Origin: Eledone cirrhosa
Lineage: Eukaryota
Assembly: GCA_964016885.1 (NCBI GenBank)
Contig: OZ024749.1
Span: 868,001 to 932,000 of the forward strand
Reading direction: 5' to 3'
Length of the DNA: 64,000 nucleotides
Each line of letters begins with the position of its first letter. Position 1 is the stretch's first letter. The notes beneath the pieces were generated by a model. The model was not told the DNA's origin. It did no database searches and worked only from the letters and a program-made list of their open reading frames with translations. Positions 60,801-64,000 of this stretch are shown here, in pieces. Both the position numbers and the translations under genes were made by a program.

Positions 60801-61292
60801 GTGTCTGTATATGGGCATGTAGGCAGGCGTCTGTGTATGTCTATAGTTTTTTTTATATGTCCTCCTTAAGTAAGTGTGTATAGCGGGAGTCTATGCGTAC
60901 GCATGTTGTTTTCTTTGGGATTGTGTGTGCGTGCGTGTGTGCGTATATATGTGTGCATGAGTCCGCGCGTGGACGTGTGAACTACCAAACTGATCGAAAT
61001 GTGGCAGAATGGTCAGCCGAATTGTTGGTCAGATTTACGATGACGTAGAAAAGCGGCAACCAATAACGGGACGCGCGAAGAGGATGTTTTTGACGCCAAC
61101 ACCCCAGTGAAAGGATTTGCTCCGAAAGCATTTGACGTGTCCGACGAGTCCGCAGGTCCAGAGTCAGACAAGATCCATGCAATGATCGTGTCTCGAGCTG
61201 TCCGTCGGCGAAACAATTGTAACACAATAAATTGATTTCAGATGCATTACTGATCTTTCGTTTTATATTATATTATATTATATTATATATAT

Positions 61293-61374
<82 letters not shown>

Positions 61375-61573
61375 AAACGCATATACATATATATACATAA
61401 TAATACAACCAATTATCCACGAAATACTGATTAGTTAGCACCCCAAACACTAAATTGGGATAATACTTAAGTATATCCTAATGTTTGTTGAGTGAGATGG
61501 GGTTGGTCGGAATATCGACAAAGGCTTTCTCTGTTTATGTATTGTATATATATATAAATGTATATATATATAA

Positions 61574-61655
<82 letters not shown>

Positions 61656-61673
61656 GTATATATATATATATAT

Positions 61674-62371
61674 TGTTATACTTTGGGAGGGTCATGTTGC
61701 CAATAAGAAACACACGCACCAGTTGATTTCATTCCAATTTATTATAAATTAAATTTATAAACTTAAGAAATTTGTAAATTTCCGGTTGGTTGGTTCCACA
61801 ACCGGACGGTTGCTCATATATTATCATATTCGTCCTACGCCATCTTGCTTTTGTGTGTGACACACACAAAAACAAGATGCTGTAGGAGAGGCACAAAACA
61901 AAGAAAATAATCCCTAGTCACTGAAGAGGTCACAGAATGTGCGACGAAAGAACTTTGACCTAAAAGTCAAATTCTAGGTCACCATCCTTCTGGGCGTGGA
62001 CAGGTTCATGCGTGGGCGATCCCTCAAGGCGGGAGACAGAAAGCGACAGGTATATAAAGCCTTTATCATCCCACGTTTAACACAGAGAGATCGGCGCCAT
62101 ACTCTATAGACAAGCTATGTAAAGATTCACCACCTACTACAGGTCACAGTGGCCTACAATTAACCACAAACCATTACCCTCTTTCTCTCCTGGTCGCAGA
62201 CTACACCAGCCTCATGAACCAACAACAAAATAACATCGTCAACCTTCGCGACTCGTGGTAACTTGTTTATTTTTCATTTTGACTGAAGTGAAGTAAACCT
62301 TTTTATATATAAAGTAAATCAGCTATTCTTGTTATTTCATCTAACAACCACAACTAATACCCTTCGTTACA
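61674..62371 (+). mobile_element. Solo-LTR-like sequence (698 bp) inserted in (TA)n
   Basis: TGT...ACA termini, TATATAAAG at about 62051, AGTAAA-type polyA signals near 62290-62320 and several internal hairpins. Confidence 0.6.
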
Positions 62372-62384
62372 TATACATATATAT

Positions 62385-62898
62385 AAATGTAATCCGAGTT
62401 TTTCGAATATTAATAATTGTTTCTACTTTTGGCACAAGGCCAGCAATTATCCCAGTGCATTACTGGTACTTTATTTTATCGACCCCGTAAGGATGAAAGG
62501 CAAAGTTAACCTCGGCGGGATTTCAACTCAGAACGTAAAGCGCCATAACTCTATGCAGTAAAGCAACATTAATAATAACATTCGATTCGTTTGCAATTAT
62601 GCAAACACGCCTCAATTTTATAGCCATGTTAGTAGAATGAACACTTCATTCTTGTTCTTGTGTTGGCATGCGAACAGAACTGCAGAAACTAATGTTTCTA
62701 GGTATCACCCTTCATCAGTACAGCTCTGTGTTCACCTGCCAAACTGTGAGCTGTACTGATGAAGGGTGATGTTCGCATGCCAACACAAGAGCAAGAATGA
62801 AGTGTTCATTCTACTGACATGGCTATAAAATTGAGGCTTGTTTGCATAATTGCAAACGAATCGAATATTATTATTAATATTCGAAAAGCTCAGATTAC

Positions 62899-62902
<4 letters not shown>
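62385..62902. mobile_element. TA-flanked palindrome of Penelope-like ends, left arm interrupted by a SINE (62413-62565)
   Basis: AAATGTAATC...GATTACATTT arms. The SINE is flanked by an ATTAATAAT duplication. A CTGATGA core lies near the centre of both arms. Confidence 0.85.
62677..62726 (-). ncRNA. Imperfect hammerhead fold
   Basis: GAGCTGTA-CTGATGA-AGGgtgataCCTa-GAAACattaGTTTC-TGCAGTTC. The junction spacing is non-canonical. Confidence 0.45.
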
Positions 62903-62997
<95 letters not shown>

Positions 62998-63182
62998 TAT
63001 ATATATAAATGGAAAAGAATAAAACGAAATTTCATTTCTCACTCTTAGTACGGCTGCTACTTAAATGTAAGTATCACATATATATATGTAGATATATATG
63101 TAATATATATATATATGTATACATATATATATATATATTACATACATATCTACATATATATATATATTACATACATATCTAC

Positions 63183-63214
<32 letters not shown>

Positions 63215-63258
63215 CTACATATATATATATATGTGTGTATATATATATATACATATAT

Positions 63259-63480
63259 AAAGAAGAAATTAAAAGATGGTTAAAAAAGTTCCATATATTT
63301 TATTATGCGCATTTCGAAAGCAATATCATCCTAGGACAAAAATTGTGTTCTCATCAGATAAAATAAGGTAACATGATATGAGGCCTATTTTATCTGATGA
63401 GAACACAATTTTTGTCCCAGGATGATGTTGTTTTCGAAATGCGCATAATAAATTATTTGGAGCTTTTTTAATTTCTTTTT
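63259..63480. mobile_element. Palindrome of two Naiad pseudo-LTR ends, with a hammerhead on each strand
   Basis: Homologous to 56200-56325. Hammerheads at 63296-63365 (-) and 63386-63455 (+), each CTGATGA-GAA(C/A)...TTTC-GAA-ATGCGCAT-A. Confidence 0.85.
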
Positions 63481-63621
63481 TATATATACTCCAGTTCTAC
63501 CAACTGTTGAGTGCTACTTATCTGATATATGTATAGTTTTATTGTTCTACAATATTACTCACCTCGTATATATATATATACATATATATCTACACATATA
63601 TATATATATACATATATGTAG

Positions 63622-64000
63622 ATTAGCACGAGTCTTTACTATCCATTCCATAAAATTAATGAAAATCTAAATTACGTAAGTTTCAATTCTAATCCTAGAA
63701 ATATTAAAAACACTATTGTCAATAGCGTCCAACAACAGATTTCACGCATCTCTGCTAATAAAAATATTTTTGATGATAAGGCAGAATATTACATTGAAGC
63801 TTTACATAGAGCAGGATACTCGAATAAATTTAAATACATTGATAACAATAACATGACAAATCATCCTAGTATTAATTATAATAATAATAAACAATTTAAC
63901 TTAAACACTAAACCAAACAAAAAAACTAGAACTAGAAATATTATTTGGTACTCTCCCCCATTCTCATTAAGCGTTAAAACACCTTTAGCAAAGCTATGTT
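63622..64000 (+). pseudogene. Penelope-like RT thumb/linker fragment running off the window
   Basis: Reads LYYPFHKINENLNYV...ISANKNIFD..AEYY..AL.RAGY...RNIIWYSPPFS, homologous to ORF 57104..58855. Confidence 0.85.

Noticed and set aside
61095-61142. CCAGTGAAAGGATTTGCTCCGAAAGC as a hammerhead
   Set aside because: A stem II and GAAA are present, but the CUGANGA core and stem I are not convincing. At best it is a decayed copy.
60437-63366. YIYI-, THTH- and CVCV-rich ORFs in the ORF track (also 2926-3297, 47778-48165 and 56141-56356)
   Set aside because: They are translations of microsatellites.

Overview
AT-rich, repeat-saturated animal genomic DNA. The SINE and LINE repertoire points to a cephalopod, probably Octopus (inference). 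Nearly all recognisable sequence is transposon-derived: tRNA-headed SINEs; RTE, CR1, Tx1/L1, CRE and R4/Dong LINE remnants; a degenerate Gypsy element with a nested RTE; two LTR-like sequences; Tigger, piggyBac-like and Merlin-like MITEs; Helitron-like tracts; an intact 724-aa hAT transposase ORF; and six minisatellite arrays. The most striking signal is a dense set of Penelope-like (Naiad-type, C-terminal GIY-YIG) element ends sitting in (TA)n. They carry about ten hammerhead-ribozyme folds, including non-canonical core variants. They are repeatedly arranged as fold-back palindromes with both 3' ends facing outward, which suggests two-ended (twin-template) integration. One solo-LTR-like sequence also holds a hammerhead-like core. 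The only plausible host-gene signal is a minus-strand signal-peptide exon at 9600-9675. All alignments and RNA folds were done by eye, and element boundaries are approximate unless a target-site duplication (TSD) is quoted.
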